Numbered from the stretch's first letter, positions 25,831 through 42,391 are shown. The stretch is DNA of 64,000 bases from the human T2T-CHM13v2.0 reference genome, Homo sapiens (GCF_009914755.1 NC_060932.1); one strand, 5' to 3'. The notes: generated by a model not told the origin, from the sequence alone. Made by a program: numbers and translations.

Positions 25831-26584
25831 AAACTGAAAGCAAACTCAATGGTTTTCCATAACAGACAAGCTATTCTGAACGAGTTATGTTTGCTGAATT
25901 TGAATAGAAAGATGCTTAGTGTCTCTGTATCCCAAGGTAAGCTCAGATGGCACTTCCAGTCCCCATGGCTGAGTGGGAGGTTGTCTAGGGGCGGCGGTTC
26001 TCCAGAGGCCCCGGTCCCCATCTCTTCTCTCCCAAGCTAATACCACCACCACCAGTTGAAAATGCACATGGGGGTGGGATGTTATCCTGCCTGATGCCCC
26101 AGTGGCCCAAAGAAGACAGTAATGAGGGAGGGAATGTTAAAACCATACAGAAAACCTTTGGGGAGGAAGGATGGAATGATGAACGAAGGTCGCCTGAATA
26201 GCAGAGGTCGAGGTAGGTTCTCTGACTATACATGGTCTTACTTAATTCTCCTAGGGAGGTAGCTTCTCTATAAACCCAGAAACAGACTCAGAAACCAAAG
26301 AACTTACCCACATTCACCCAGCCAACACATGAGTTTGTCTCCAGAGTCCTCACTCTTCCTCCTGCCATCTTTACCTCATTATTTCTGACAGAAATTCTCC
26401 ATTTCTAGTATACCCCCGTTCTCAGGACAGGGACTAGCTGTGTTCACAAAAAAAAAAAAAAAAAAACATGCAGGAACCCCACTTTATGTTTAATTATGGT
26501 AAATGCCCCACCTGTGAGCTAGAAAACATCCCTAAACAGGATGCTAAGATCTGTTCCACGTGTGGCAACATCAGATATCTCTGA

Positions 26585-27085
<501 letters not shown>

Positions 27086-27629
27086 TGAGTCTCTTGAATT
27101 CATAAATATTCAGTGATGTCCCTATTTAAATACTTATTTATTTAGGAACCTGCAGTTCAGTTCAGTTATGACACATAATAATCCTGAAATAATTCATGGT
27201 TTTGACTTTATAAAAAGTGTTATGTGATGCACAAGAGGGTGAAGGGGGAGGAACTTGAGCAAGCAGCTGAGAGCTGGCTCTAGGACTAGATTTCCTCTGT
27301 AGGCGTTAAGCATCTCCTGCAACCAAATCTCTCTAACCTCTGCAAAGCTTAGGACAGCATTTGACTCAGTCCAGGCTCACCTCGGCCCTGAGGTTAGACA
27401 CAAAGATAAGGAATACTTCCCAGCCTTTGAATTGTGTTGTCTTGATTCAGTCCCTGTGTCTGAACAATGTTTGAGCCATTCCATTGAGGGACCTGTCCTA
27501 GGAAAAGGCTGAAAATTAGACTTATTTTTTCAGAAAAATGAGTCAACGTACTTGAGCAAGACATTGTCAGACATCAGCCTTGATGTTTGGTCAAATGGAA
27601 TATTCCGTTACTATTGCTAGTGAGGGTTC

Positions 27630-27870
27630 CCATTAATTGACACCCACTGTGTGCTCAGCTGCCTTCTAAGCACGTCTACTAAGTCACTTCAACTTCATGC
27701 CCACCCTGTGAGGTAGGTACAGCCTTGTCCCCATTTTATAGAGGGCAAAACTGAGGGCCAGAGAAAATGAGTAACTTGCCTTATGTTCCTCAGCCAACAG
27801 CTGGAAGACCTTGGAGGCCACCTCTCAACTGTCAGGCCAGTGCCTGACCCCAGCCACTATGGCCCTGCCC
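27630..27870 (-). mobile_element. MIR
   Basis: ccctgtgaggtaggtac..ccccattttatagagggcaaaactgagg. Confidence 0.75.
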
Positions 27871-29408
27871 TCTCCAACAGTGGCACCACCAGCATAGCCC
27901 AGAACAAACAGAGTGTGGTCATTTCTTGATTTTGTGTGGGAGTGGAAACTAATCCACAATGTATTCATTCAGCAAGAACTTTAGAGAGCCCTCTTTGTGC
28001 TAGGCCCTGTGCTAGTCTGTGTAGATTTGCCAGAATGTCCAAGACACAGCCCCTACCTAATCTCAGTTAATAAAGGTGAGAAATGGACATAGAAACACCT
28101 GTTTCATGAGAGTAGTGCACACAGAAACCAGAGGAGCTAGGAGGGGGAGAGGTGGCTTTTCCAACATGTTGTCTGATTCAGAACCTTCCCACCAACCTAC
28201 ATGTGCAAGCCACCTTCCCATTTATTTTAAACAAAGAATTCTGAGGCTCAGGAACCTGCCAGAGTTCACTCAGCCAGTGTCTAAAATTGACTCCAAAGCT
28301 CCAGCCACCACCTTCGCTGCCTCCTGATTTCTGTCAACAGTTTCCAACTCCTGATGATTAGGGATGACTTTGGAGAAGAGGAAAAAATTGTGAAATGTCA
28401 GAAAGGTATTTTCCATGGTTCGGCTTGGTTAAAATTTTTAAGGCTGCTAAGCATTGCATTCTGGTTACAATTTAAGATCCAGAAGAGGTATGCCCTCACA
28501 CTCTGTTCAGATTAGCTGTCCAAATGCAGATATTTGAATGAATGAATGAACGAACGAATTAATTAACTAATTAATTAATGAGTGAATGAATGAAAATATT
28601 GTTGTCGACTGTTTCCCTCTCTCCTGTACCAGACCCTTACCGGCAGGGACCATATATCATTAATCTCTGAATCCCTAGTTTAGATTCAGAGCAGATGCTG
28701 AATAACGGTTTATTGAACGAACCAGAGAATTTTAAAAGATAGTTGGGATCTGGTATTTCAATCCTTTTGCTTGTCCTCATTTTTTTCCCATCACTCATTA
28801 GCTCCAATGGTTGACAGCAGCGAGAGGAGAGGGATTGGATACAGTTTGCTTCCTGTGTATGAAAAGCTCAAGAGAAAGGCCTGTTGGAGAATCTGTCACC
28901 AGATATTTACTGGTGATGCTTCTCAGGGACTGCCCGTTAGTCTGACTTCCCTCATGCCTAACAGGGAGTTAACTGATACCACTTCCACTTACTTAATTCT
29001 GGAGCTTCTCACCCTAGGAATTCTCACTGTGCTTTGGGTGACTTGTGGAGGCTTAGCCACCATGAAATCCAGCCCCCTCATTTTCAGAGGAAGGATGTAG
29101 GTCCCAGGGAGATGAAGTCACTAGCCCAGAGACATTCCTAATAAGTGATTTGGTTCATTCATCCATCAAGTATTTGTGGAATGTCTGCAGTGTGCCGGGC
29201 TCTGGAAGGCAGTGTGCCCAGCATGTCCCTGCCCTCATGGAGCCCTTGGTCTAATGGGAAATGAAGTTTTAACCAATCTTTAATCAAACAAAAATGAAAG
29301 TTGCTACACTGACATGTTCTTTGGTGCCGTTAGAGTATAGAATATGGGAATTTGAGGGTTTAAATAGCAGATTTAAGGTTTAGGGGACACTCCCTAAAGA
29401 GGTAATGG

Positions 29409-29751
<343 letters not shown>

Positions 29752-30182
29752 TTAGACCAACATGCAGGAGCATGCTGGGCAGAGAGGAGGGGAAGAATAT
29801 TCCAGACAGAAGAAACAACATACTCAAGGGGAACTGAAAGGTGGCCATGGTGGGCATGACTTGCCTGGGTTCACACTTCACAGAAGTGCAGAGGTTAAAA
29901 GCCAGAGCGTTAGGTGGACTCACATATAATCAAAATTTCCCTTGAAATTCCTCTGTCTCACCAGTAAAGGAGATGACATGGTTCATTGTCCATAACCCTA
30001 GAGAAAGTTTGATGCCCTCTGAGCTACTCAAGGAAGGAGCAAAAGGAAAACCAACTTGCAAATGTCCTGGGCATTCAGACCCATCTGCCCTAGTGGAAAA
30101 TGGAGGCTGGATGGTGGAAAATTCTAGAGCACCCACATGCCTATACATTTTACTTTATTCTTTCTATAACCTTAATACTTAC

Positions 30183-30555
30183 TGTATTAGTCAGCTAAGG
30201 CTGCCAGAACAGAATGTCACAGGCTGGGTCACTTAAACAACAGAAATTTATTTTCTCACAGTTCTGGAGACTAGATGTTCAAGCTCAGGACACCAGCAGG
30301 GTTAGTTTCTGGTGAGGCCTCTCTTCGTAGCTTGCCAACACCCACCTTCTCACTGTGTCCTCACATAGTCTTTGCTCTGTGTGTTCACATGGCTGGTGTC
30401 TCTTCTTTTTCTTGTAAGGACACCAGTCCTATGAGATTAGGACTTAATTACCCCACCCTTAGTTACCTCCTTAAAGGCACTATCTCCAAATACAGTCACC
30501 TTAGAGATTACGGCTTCAACATATGAATTTAGGGGGGATATAATTCTGTTCATAA
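30183..30555 (-). mobile_element. MLT1A-like solo LTR
   Basis: tgtattagtcagctaaggctgcc..aacaacagaaatttattttctcacagttctggag..tatctccaaatacagtcac. Confidence 0.85.
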
Positions 30556-30617
30556 TGCTTACAAACAGTTGTCTGTATTTGTCAGGATTAAGTGAGATAA
30601 TATAAATGAAAGCCCCT

Positions 30618-30993
30618 TGTATTAGGCTGTTTTCATACTGCTATAAAGAACTGCCCAAGACTAGGTAATTTATAAAGGAAAGAGGTTTAATTGACTCACA
30701 GTTCAGCATGGCTGGGGAGGCCTCAGGAAACTTACGATCATGGCGGAAGGCGAAGGGGAAGCAAGGCACCTTCTTCACAAGGTGGCAGGAAGAAGTGCTG
30801 AGGAAAGAGGGAAGAGCCCCTTATAAAACCATCAGATCTCATGAGAACTCACTCACTATCAGGAGAACAGCTTGGGGGAAACCACCCCCATGATTCAATT
30901 ACCTCCACCTGGTCTCTCCCTTGACACATGGGGATTATGGGGATTACAATTCAAGATGAGATTTGGGTGGGGACACAAAGCCTAACAATATCA
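30618..30993 (-). mobile_element. THE1D-like solo LTR
   Basis: TG..CA termini and a perfect 5-bp TSD CCCCT (30613-17, 30994-98). ttataaaggaaagaggtttaattgactcacagttc. Confidence 0.92.
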
Positions 30994-31285
30994 CCCCTAG
31001 AGCAGGGTTCTAGCATTAGTACCAATAGATACTGCATCTCAACTTGCTTACTGCTCTCTATATGGAGAAGAACTTGGCCCCCTGCTTCTTGCCTTTCCAA
31101 GTTGACCTTTTCTGTTGGGGCCCCACATGTTCATGCCAGTGGGTGTTAATTGCATCTCAGGAGGGGTTGGGCTGGGGGTGTCTGGGGCTGTGACACAGGG
31201 TAGCACTGCTGAGCACTCACTGTTCCAGGCCTGCTCAGGCACTGTGCATGTGCTGACTCATCTCATTCTCACAGTCACACTCCAA

Positions 31286-34200
31286 ACTATTTTAATAGTT
31301 TTGGGGGAACATGTGGTGTTGGGTTACATGGATAAGTTCTTTAGGTGTGATTTCTGAGCTTTCGGTGCACCTATCACCCGAGCAGTGTACACTGCACCCA
31401 ATGTGTGCTCTTTTATCCCTGACCCCCCTCTCATCCTTCCCCTGAAGTCCCCAGAGTCTATTATGTCATTCTTATGCCTTTGCTTCCTCATAGCTTAGCT
31501 CCCACTTGTGAGTGAGAACATATGATGTTTGGTTTTCCATTCCTGAGTTACTTCACTTAGAATAATGGTCTCCAACTCCATCCAGGTTGCTGTGAATGCC
31601 ATTATTTCATTCCTTTTTATGGCTGAGTAGTATTCCATGGTATATACATACCACATTTTCTTTATCCACTTGTTGGTTGATGGGCATCTAGGCTCGTTAC
31701 ATATTTTTGCAACTGTGAATTTTGCTGCTATAAACATGCGTGTGCAAGTGTCTTCTTCATATAATGACTTCTTTGTCTCTGGGTAGGTACCCAGTAGTGG
31801 GATTGCTGGATCAAATGGTAGTTCTACTTTTAGTTCTTTAAGGACTCTCCATACTGTTTTTCATAGTGGTTGTACTAGTTTACATTTCCACCAGCATTGT
31901 AAAAGTGTTCCCTTTTTATCACATCCATGCCAACATCTATTATTTTTTGGTTATTTAATTATGGCCATTCTTGCAGGAGTTAGGTAGTATTGCATTATGA
32001 TTTTGATTTGCATTTCCCTGATAATGAGTGATGTTGAGCATTTTTTTCATGTTTTTTTTGGCCATTCATATATCTTCTTTTGAGAATTGTCTATTCATGT
32101 CTTTAGCCCACTTTATGCGGGATTGTTTTTTCTTGGTGATTTGTTTGAGTTCCTTGTAGATTCTGGATATTAGTCCTTTGTCAGATGCGTAGTTTGTGAA
32201 TATTTTCTCCCACTCTGTGGGTTGTCTGTTTACTCTGCTGATTATTTCTTTTTCTGTGCAGAAGCTTTTTAGTTTAATTAAGTCCCATCTATTTATCTTT
32301 GTTTTTGCTGCATTTGCTTTTGGGTTCTTGGTCATGAACTCTTTGCCTAGGCCAATGTCTAGAAGAGTTTTTCTGATGTTATCTTGGAGAATTTTTATGA
32401 CTTCACGTCTTAGATTTAAGTCTTTTATTCATCTTGAGTTGATTTTTGTATAAGGTGAGAGATGTGGACCCAGTTTCATTCTTCTACATGAGGCTAGCCA
32501 ATTATCCCAGCACCATTTATTGAATAGGGTGTCCTTTCCCCACTTTATGTTTTTGTTTGCTTTGTCAAAGATCAATTGGCTGTAAGTATCTGGCTTTATA
32601 TATATTTTCTCTATCCTGTTCCATTGGTCTATGTGCCTGTTTTTATACCAGTACTATGCTGTTTTGGTAACTATAGCCTTGTAATATAGTTTGAAGTAAG
32701 GTAATGTGATGCCCCCAGATTTGTTCTTTTTGCTTAGTCTTGCTTTTGGCTATACGGGCTCTTTTTTGGTTTCATATGACTTTTAAGATTGTTTTTTCTA
32801 GTTCTATGAAGAATGATGATGGTATTTTGGTGGGAATTGCATTGAATTTATAGATTGCTTTTGGTAGTATGGTCATTTTCACAATATTAATTCTACCCAT
32901 CCATGAGCATGGGATGTGTTTCCATTTGTTTGTGTCATCTATGGTTTATTTCAGCTGTGTTTTATAATTTTCCTTGTAGAGATCTTTCACTTCTTTTGTT
33001 AGGTATATTCCTAAGTTGGGTTTTTTTTGTTGTTGTTTCTTTGTTTGTTTGTTTTTTTGCACCTGTTATAAAAATAGTTGAGTTCTTGATTTGACTCTCA
33101 GCTTGGTTGCTATTGGTGTATGGTAGTGCCACTGATTTGTGTACATTGATTTTGTATTCTGAAACACTGAATTCATTTATCAGATCTAGGAGCTTTTTGG
33201 ATGAGTCTTTAGGGTTTTCTAGGTATATAATCAACATAGTCAGCAAACAGCAACAGTCTGACTTCCTTAACTTGTATGCCCTTTATTTCTTTCTCTTGTC
33301 TGATTGCTCTGGCTAGGACTTCTGGTATTGTGTTGAATAAAAGTGGGGAAAGTGGACATCTTTGTCTTGTTCCGGTTTTCAGGGGAACTACTTTCAACTT
33401 TTCCCCATTTAATGTAATGTTGGCTGTGGGTTTGTCATAGATGGCTTTTATTACCTCAAGGTGTGTCCCTTCTATGCCAATTTTGCTGAGGGTTTTAATC
33501 ATATAGGGATGCTGGATTTTGTCAAATGCTTTTTCTGCATCTATTGAGATGATCATATGATTTTTGTTTTCACTTTTTTTTAATGTGGTGTATCACATTT
33601 GACTTGTGTATGTTAAACCAGCCCTGCATCCCTGGTATAAAACCCGCTTGATCATGGTGGATTATCTCTTTGGTATGCTTTTGAATTCAGTTAGCTAGTA
33701 TTTTGTTAAGGATTTTTGCATCTATGTCCATCAGGGATATTGGTCTGTAGTTTTATTTTTCTTTTGTTACATCCTTTCCTGATTTTGGTATTAGGTGATA
33801 CTGGCTTCGTAGAAGGATTTAGGGAGGATTCCTTTTTTATCTTTTGCAATAGTTTCAGTAGGATTGGTATCAATTCTTTTTTTGAATGTCTGATAGAATT
33901 CAGCTGTGAATCCACCTGGTCCTGGACTTTTTTTTGTTGGCAATTTTTTTATTACTCTTTCAGTCTTGCTACTTGTTATTTGTCTGTTAAGAGTTTCTGT
34001 TTCTTCTGGGTTTAATCTAGGAAGGTTGTATATTTCCAGGATTATTTATCTCCTCTAGGTTTTCTAGTTTATGCTCATAAAGGTGTTCATAGAAACCTTG
34101 AATATCTTTTGTATTTCTATGGTATTGGTTGTAATATCTCCTATTTTGTTTCTAATTGAGTTTATTTGGATCTTCTCTCTTCTGTTTTTTTTTTTTTTGG

Positions 34201-37158
34201 TTAATCTCACAAGTGGTCTATCAATTTTGTTTATCTTTTCAAAGAACCAGCTTTTTGTTTCATTTATCTTTTGAGTTGTTTTTTTCTTTTAATTTCATTT
34301 GGTTCTGCTCTAATCTTTGTTATTTCTTTTCTTCTGCTGGGTTTGGGTTTGGTTTGTTCTTGTTTCTCTAGTTTCTTGAGGTGTGAGTTTAGGCTGTTTA
34401 TTTGTGCTCTTAGACTTTTTGATTGTAGACACTTAATGCTATGAACTTTCCTCTTGGCACTGCTTTTGCTGTATCCCAGAGGTTTTGATCAGTTGCATCA
34501 CTATTATTGTTCAGTTCAAATAATTTTTTAATTTCCATCTTGATTTCATTGTTGACCCAAGGATCATTCAAGAGCGTATCATTTAACTTCCACGTATTTG
34601 TATAATTTTGACTGTTCCTTTCGGAGTTAATTTCCAATGTTATTCCACTGTAGTCTGAGAGAGTACTTGATATAATTTCAATTTTCTTAAATTTATTAAG
34701 ACTTGTTTTGTGGCCTATCATATGGTCTGTCTTGGAGAATGTTCCATGTGCTGATGAAAATAATGTATATTCTGCAGTTGTTGAGTAGAACATTCGGAAA
34801 ATATCTGTTAAGCCCATTTGTTCTACGGTGTAGTTTGCGTCTGTTGTTTCTTTGTTGGCTTTCCATCTTGATGACCTGTCTAGTGCTGTCAGTGTAGTGT
34901 TGAAGTCCCCACTATTATTGAGTTGCTGTCTATCTCATTTCTTAGGTCTAGTAGTAATTGTTTTATAAATTTGGGAGCTCTAGTACTATGTGCACATACA
35001 TTTAGGATTGTAATATTTTTGTATTGAACTACTTCTTTTATCATTATATAATGTCCCTCTTTGTCTTTTTTAACTGTTGTTGCTTTAAAGTCTGTTTTGT
35101 CTGCTATAAGAATAGCTAGTCCTGCCCACTTTTGGTTTCCATTTGCATGGAATATCTTTTTCCACTCCTTTACCTTAAGTTTATGTGAATCCTTATGTGT
35201 TAGGTGAGTCTCTTGAAGACAGCAGATACTTGGTTGGTAGATTTTTATCCATTCTGCAATTCAGTATATTTTAAACGGAGCCTTTAGGCCATTTACATTC
35301 AGTGTTAGCATTGAGATGTGAGGTACTGTTCTATTCACATTCTAGTTGTTGCATGAATACCTTGGTTTTTTTTTCACTGTGTTACTGTTTCATAGGTCCA
35401 ATGAGATTTATGCTTTAAGAAGGTTCTATTTTAGTGTATTTTGGGGTTTTGTTTTAAGGTTTAGGACTCCTTTTAGCATTTCTTGTAGCACTGCTTTGGT
35501 AGTGGTGAATTCTCTCAGTATTTGTTTGTCTGAAAAAGACTTTATATCTCCTTCATTTATCAAACTTAGTTTCACTGGATACAAAATTCTTGACTGGTAA
35601 TTATTTTGTTTAAGGAGGCTAAAGATGGGATCCCAGTCACTTCTGGCTTGCAGGGTTTCTACTGAGAAATCTGCTGTGAATCTGATAGGTTTTCCTTTAT
35701 AGGTTACCTGATGCTTTTGCCTCACAGGTCTTAAGATTCTTTCCTTCATCTTGACTTTAGATAACCTGATGACCATGTGCCTAGGTGATGATCTTTTTGT
35801 GATCAATTTCCTGGGTGTTCTTTGAGCTTTTTGTATTTGGATATCTAGATCTCTAGCAAGACCAGGGAAGTTTTCCTTGATTATTCCCTCAAATAAATTT
35901 TCTAGACTTTAAGATTTCTCTTCTTCCTCAGAAGCACCATTATTCTCATGTTTGGTCATTTCACGTAATCCCAAATTTCTTGGAGGCTTTGTTCATTTTT
36001 TTTAATTAGTTTTTGTCTCTGTCAAGTTGGGTTAATTCAAAAGCCTTGTCTTCAAGCTCTAAAGCTATTTCTTCTACTTGTTTGATCCTGTTGTTAAAAC
36101 TTTCCAGTGTATTTTGCATTTCTCTAAATGTGTCTTTCATTTCCAGAAGTTGTGACTGTCTTTTCTTTATGATATCTGTTTCTCTAGAGACTTCATCCAT
36201 ATCCTGTATTGTTGTTTCAATGTCTTTAAATTGGTTTTCACCTTTTCCTGGTGCCTCCTTGAGTAGCTGAATAATGAACCTTCTGAATTCTTTTTCTGGC
36301 AATTCAGATTTCATCTTGGTTTGAGTCCGTTGCTAGAGAGCCAGTGTGATCTTATGGGAGTGTTTTAGAACCTTGTTTTATCATATTACCAGAATTACTT
36401 TTCTGTTTCCTTCTCATTTAGGTAGACTGTTTCAGTGGAAACATCTGGAACTCAAGGGCTGCTGTTCAGGTTCTTTTGTCCCATGGGGTGATCCCTTGAT
36501 GTGTTGCTCTCCCCCTTTCTCTAGGGATGGGGCTTCCTGAGAGCCAGACTGCAGTGGTAATTATTGCCCTTCTGGGTCTAGCCACCCAGTGGGGCTGCTG
36601 GGCTCCAGGCTGGTGCTGGGGAATGTCTGTAAAGAGTCCTGTGATATGATCCATCTTCAGGTCTCCCAGTCTTGGATACCAGCACCTGCTCCAGTGGAGG
36701 TGGCATGGGAGTGAAGTGGACTCTGGGAGTCCTTGGTTGTAGTTTTGTTTAGTGCAGTGGTTTTCTCAAATGCTGGTTACACCAGCAGTAAAATTGCCAC
36801 ATGGACAGACTCAGGACCTCTGGTTAGCCAGGATGTTGCAGGCAGTGGCATTAGCTGTTGTTTGCTCCTTTGAAGCAAGGTTGTTCTGTTATGAGTTGCT
36901 GTAATGGCTTGAGTTGGTTGGCCTCCAGCCGGGAGGTGGTGCTTTCAGGAAAGCGCCAGCTGCAGTAGTAGAAGGGGATATAATTCTGCCCTACATTGGC
37001 CAGGATGAGTACTCGGGTTTCTTAGGCAATGGACAGGACCACAGAACTTCCAAAAGATTATGTCTTTTTTCTTCAGCTACCAGGGCAGGTAGAGACAAAC
37101 CATCAGGTGGGGGCAGGGTTAGGCGAGTCTGAGCTCAGACTCTCCTTGGGCAGGGCTT
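31286..37158 (-). mobile_element. Near full-length degenerate L1PB-type LINE-1 (~5.9 kb), antisense to ZHX2
   Basis: L1PB1-like 3' end. ORF2 fragments ([41 protein letters not shown]), ORF1 fragments (RILYPVKLS, KHQVTYKGKPIR) and part of the 5'UTR. Many frameshifts. MIR halves on either side. Confidence 0.95.
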
Positions 37159-37700
37159 CATGTTAGTTTCTTTATTTAGGGCTGATGAGAAGGCGGTGCA
37201 GAAAGGTAGCTCGTGCAAGTCTTTGAGGTAAAAAGTGGTGGAGCTGGAATTCAAATCCACCCCTACACCCACACATGTAAGCACTTTGGGGAATCTGCCC
37301 AGTGAGTTTAAAATACAATTCCATTTGCTCTGGTTCTATTAAATTCCCCTGGCCAATATGCACTGATAGGCCAGGAGCAGGAAAGGCATTCCTACTGTCT
37401 CTGAGCCTCCCTGCAAGCAGCTTGAGGAATATATACCTGGCCTGTGGGTCTCAGCAAGTTCCCCAACCCTAGAGGCCCTTCAAACCACGCAGGGAAGGAG
37501 AGCTTTGGCGGGATGTGGCCAAAACTGACTCAAGCCTGGTGTACAGACAATTTGGGATGGCACGGAGTTTTTGTCATCCACTGGGAAGTTGCTTAATCTT
37601 CCTCCAGTCCAACACATTTCCCCTTTTTAAATTCTAGTTAAAAATCAGACTGTGCCCCCTACCCTCAATAAAAGAAATGAAAGTTTGAACTCAAATATTA

Positions 37701-38705
<1,005 letters not shown>

Positions 38706-41009
38706 AGGGCAAAGAGGGAAAAAATGCAACCAGAAAGAAAAGACGTTGCCTACAGAGAAACTACAGTTAAACTGACAGGTTTGTCCGTATCAAAAATAGA
38801 AGCCAGATGACAATGGAACAAAATGTTTAGCAGATAACAGGCACTCGGCAAATGAGCAATAAACCTTGCTACACCTCTCAAAAAAAATGTTATGGAGAGA
38901 TAATCAATCACTCTCTCAGTGTTTGTTTTCCTTTCTCCTGGAGTGCAGTGTTACTCACTCCCAAGTCCCTAGGGCCCTAGAGAAAGTTCTCCTGGGAAAA
39001 TTAAAGAGAGACAGAAACAGAAAGCTGTCACATGGGAAAACAATTCTAATGTTTTTGTTTCTCCAATGAGGAAAGTAACAGAGAAGCAGATTTTGCTAAA
39101 GAATTAGTACTTCTTAACATTCCAGGTTTTCCCCAAGACAGAAAGGGAGGGTGGGAGGCAGTGGGTTCCTGTCCTGGGACGTGTTCACCGAGAGCCTGGA
39201 CATCACGTGGTAGAAATGTCCCAGAGGCCATAAGGAAATGCCTGTCCGATGGCCTTGCAGCATCCTCCAGGGCTCTGAGAGGTACTCTAGGATGAGGCAC
39301 TGGCCCTTTGCTGGGTGACTGTCTCTGACCAGGTAATAGGACTCTGAGAGAAGCCCAGGGGAGTTAGCAAGAGCCACACAGCCCAAAGCACTGCAATGCT
39401 CTATAGAACAGCAATCCTGAAATGTGGACTTTGTCACCACCCTTGGGTCACAGCCACTCCTCTGACAGCACTATGCTCACTTTCCATTTTCCATTCATTG
39501 ACAAATGCCTGTTGAGTATGCTGCATGGGCCAGACTCCACAGGGAGCGGATGGGGGGGTCAGCCTGCTTGCTTTGCACCCTGTCTGTAACCCTGCCAGCA
39601 GCCCGTGGGCTCTGTGCAATGGAAGTGAGACTCTGGGAGGTTAAGTAACCAACCTCAGCACGTAGCCAGGAAGTGGCAGATCCTGGATCCCAGCTTTCTC
39701 CAACTCCACAGCTCTTTCCACCCCATCCTGCAGTCCTGTGCTGACCCAACGTTCTTTAGCCGGGTTGGGAGAAAGAACATCGGTAGCTGTCTTCCCGCCT
39801 TGGGCCTTGTCTCCTAGGATCTGGAAGTGTTCAGGGGGACATCCAATCAGTGGCAGCCTCCCTCCCAAAGGTGGTGGAAGTCCCCATTTGCTGGGGAAAA
39901 CCCTGTTTCTTGGAAAGCACCGGCAGAGGCTGGCCGTGGGCTACTGTGCCAACCCAGGGAGTGCATGTGGCTCTGCCTGGGATCAGCAATAAGGCTCGTG
40001 GTCCTCACTGGGTGCCCCAGCCCCCTACCTTTGAAGCCACCATGCTCTCTTCAATTGCTACCTAGCTCTGTGCATGGAGAGGCTGTGCATGACCTGGACC
40101 CAAAATAGGTACAGGGAGGAGCAATTAAGAATCAGGAGGCTCTGAAGTTGGACTGGCCAAGGTGGAGTCGGGCTTCACCACTCACTGGTTACCTAATGTT
40201 AAGCACAACATTTAATCTCTCTAAGCCTCCATTTCTTCGCTATGAAGTGGGTCTGCCAATCACCTGCCAGTCACTGTAAGGAGTAGATGAGATGAGCCGT
40301 ATTACCACTTAGCATGGGGCCTGGTGTGAGAAACTAGCTACTCTCACTGTTGGAGGGAGAGTCATGATCATTCTTGTTTTTGACCATGCCACTGAGCAGG
40401 TCCTGGCCTAAGAGAAAGCACTTTTCCTCCTGAGCTTCCTTTTTTTTTTTTTTTTCCTGGTGAAATGAGTGATCTTGACAACATCACCTATAAGGATCCC
40501 TGCAGTGTTTACAACTTGGTGACTCTGGCTGGATGACTTTTAGGTAGTCCAGATTCTAAGGTCACCCCTGGAATCTGGTTTTATCTGCAGACTTTTCTTT
40601 TATAAATTGGTTTCTTAACTCCAATATTCAATCTTACTCCCAGGAGCATCTAGGGAATGTGGGTGCGTTTAACATCCAGATGTTAGGCATGAATGGCATT
40701 ATCGATGATCAGCTGATGCCTCTGGCTGAGAAGTCCACTCTCCTTGCTGTTGGCCCCTGTACAAAAAAAAAAAAAAAAAAAATTCCTTCTCAGGGCTTTC
40801 TCAGCCAAACAGCCTTACCAGGAGGGAGGCAAAGAAAAGGCCAGTGGCTCCGAGAACCTACAGATCTGAAAAACTTCTAGCCTGTCATGGAATACTGGCT
40901 GTGTCCTCTAGAGACCTGAGCCTTGCTTGGATCCCTTTCCCAGGATCTCTAGATCTTGGGAGGAGACAAAAGTAATGATGGAGACCTGCCCCCATTTCCT
41001 CTACCTACC

Positions 41010-41475
41010 ACAAAGTATTGCAAACTGGATGGCTCAAAACAATAGAAGTTTATTGTTTCACAGTTCTGCAGGCCAGAAGACAAAAATCAGGGAGTCTGTG
41101 ATGGTTGCTTCCTTCTGAAGGCTGTGCAGGAGTCTGTTCTGTGCCCATCTCCCAGCTTCTGGTGTCTGCCGACAGTCTTTTGCATTCCTTAGCTTGTGGA
41201 TGCATCAGCCCAATATCTGCCTCAATCATCGCATGGTCTCTTCCCTGTGTGTGAGTCTTCACATCTTCCCTCTATGCACATCTGTCTCTGTGTCCAAATT
41301 TCCCCCTTCTGTAAGGACACTAGTCATGTTGGATTAGAGTCCACCCTGATGGCCTCATTCTCACTTGATTTAACTGTGTTACCTCTCTAAAGGCATTTCT
41401 AATAGGGTAACATTCTGAAGTACTGAGAATCAGGACTTCAATATATACTTTTGGGGGGACACCATTCCACCTATA
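41010..41475 (-). mobile_element. MLT1C/D-like LTR
   Basis: cacagttctgcaggccagaag..ccttctgaaggctg..taaggacactagtcat..ggtaacattctgaagtactg. Confidence 0.8.
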
Positions 41476-41559
41476 ATAAGGTCCTTGGACTATTTTCATT
41501 ACTTCCAAGGGTATAAGAATTAAACATTTCTTCCTACTGATTCTTAATAATTCTGTTTA

Positions 41560-42040
41560 TTAAGTGCACGGACTCTAGAGATTACCTGGGTTTGAATCTT
41601 GGCTCTGCCACTTACTAGCTGTGTGATCTTGGGAAACTTATTAGGCCCCTATATGTTCAGTTTCCTCAACTGTAAAATAAGAATAATAATAATATTTACA
41701 CCTCTTAGAATTCATATAAACATTAAATAAAAACACATTTACAATGCCTCATCTTATCACTCTTCTATATCCTACCACGTTTGGAAAAGGCTCCATCTAA
41801 TAAAAACAGCAGAAGTATCTACAATACTTACCATGTGCCAGGCACTAGTCCAAATACTGTTGTGTACATCAACGCATGGCATCATCGCAGCAACTTTCTA
41901 AGGTGGGTGCTAGTGTCATCCCTGTTATACAGAAGCAAAAACTAAGCCCTAGAGTGATCAAGTCCTATAGGTACAGCCCTGCAGCCACTAAGGGGAGAAG
42001 TTAGGACCCAAATCCAGATTTGTCTGACTCCAGGGCCTTT
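41560..42040. mobile_element. Two MIRs (+ then -)
   Basis: gggtttgaatcttggctctgccacttactagctgtgtg, and tacttaccatgtgccaggcac..atacagaagcaaaaactaagcc. Confidence 0.75.
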
Positions 42041-42391
42041 TAGGAGCCACTGGGACTGGTTGACTTTCTAGGAATAATAAAAGGGTCTTGTAAGGATGAA
42101 AAGAATCACAGGCCACCACCTTCACTTGCCCAGAAAGTCACTCTGTTTTCAAAGGCCTGATTCTGGAGGCTTTTCCTATTATGGCGGACTGTGCTCAGAA
42201 AACACACTCGTTTCTTTACAACAGGCCCCGTACATGAAGGGCATGTGTCTCTCTTCCAAGCCCCAGGATGACTTTGGAAGGCCCCCACCCCAACCCAGGA
42301 GAGCCAGGAAGAAGCAAACCATGATGCCTTCCCCCCAGGGAACAATGGTCATTTGCCTGACATCTTGACTCTGTGGTTTTGTGTCTTCTAG

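Noticed and set aside
26447-26466. Orphan A-run (also at about 10818, 14591 and 40763) as a possible retrocopy tail
   Set aside because: No TSD or recognisable RNA body upstream.
32066-36314. RT, endonuclease-region and ORF1p-like ORFs
   Set aside because: Fragments of a dead L1PB with frameshifts and a mutated catalytic motif, not a novel RT system.
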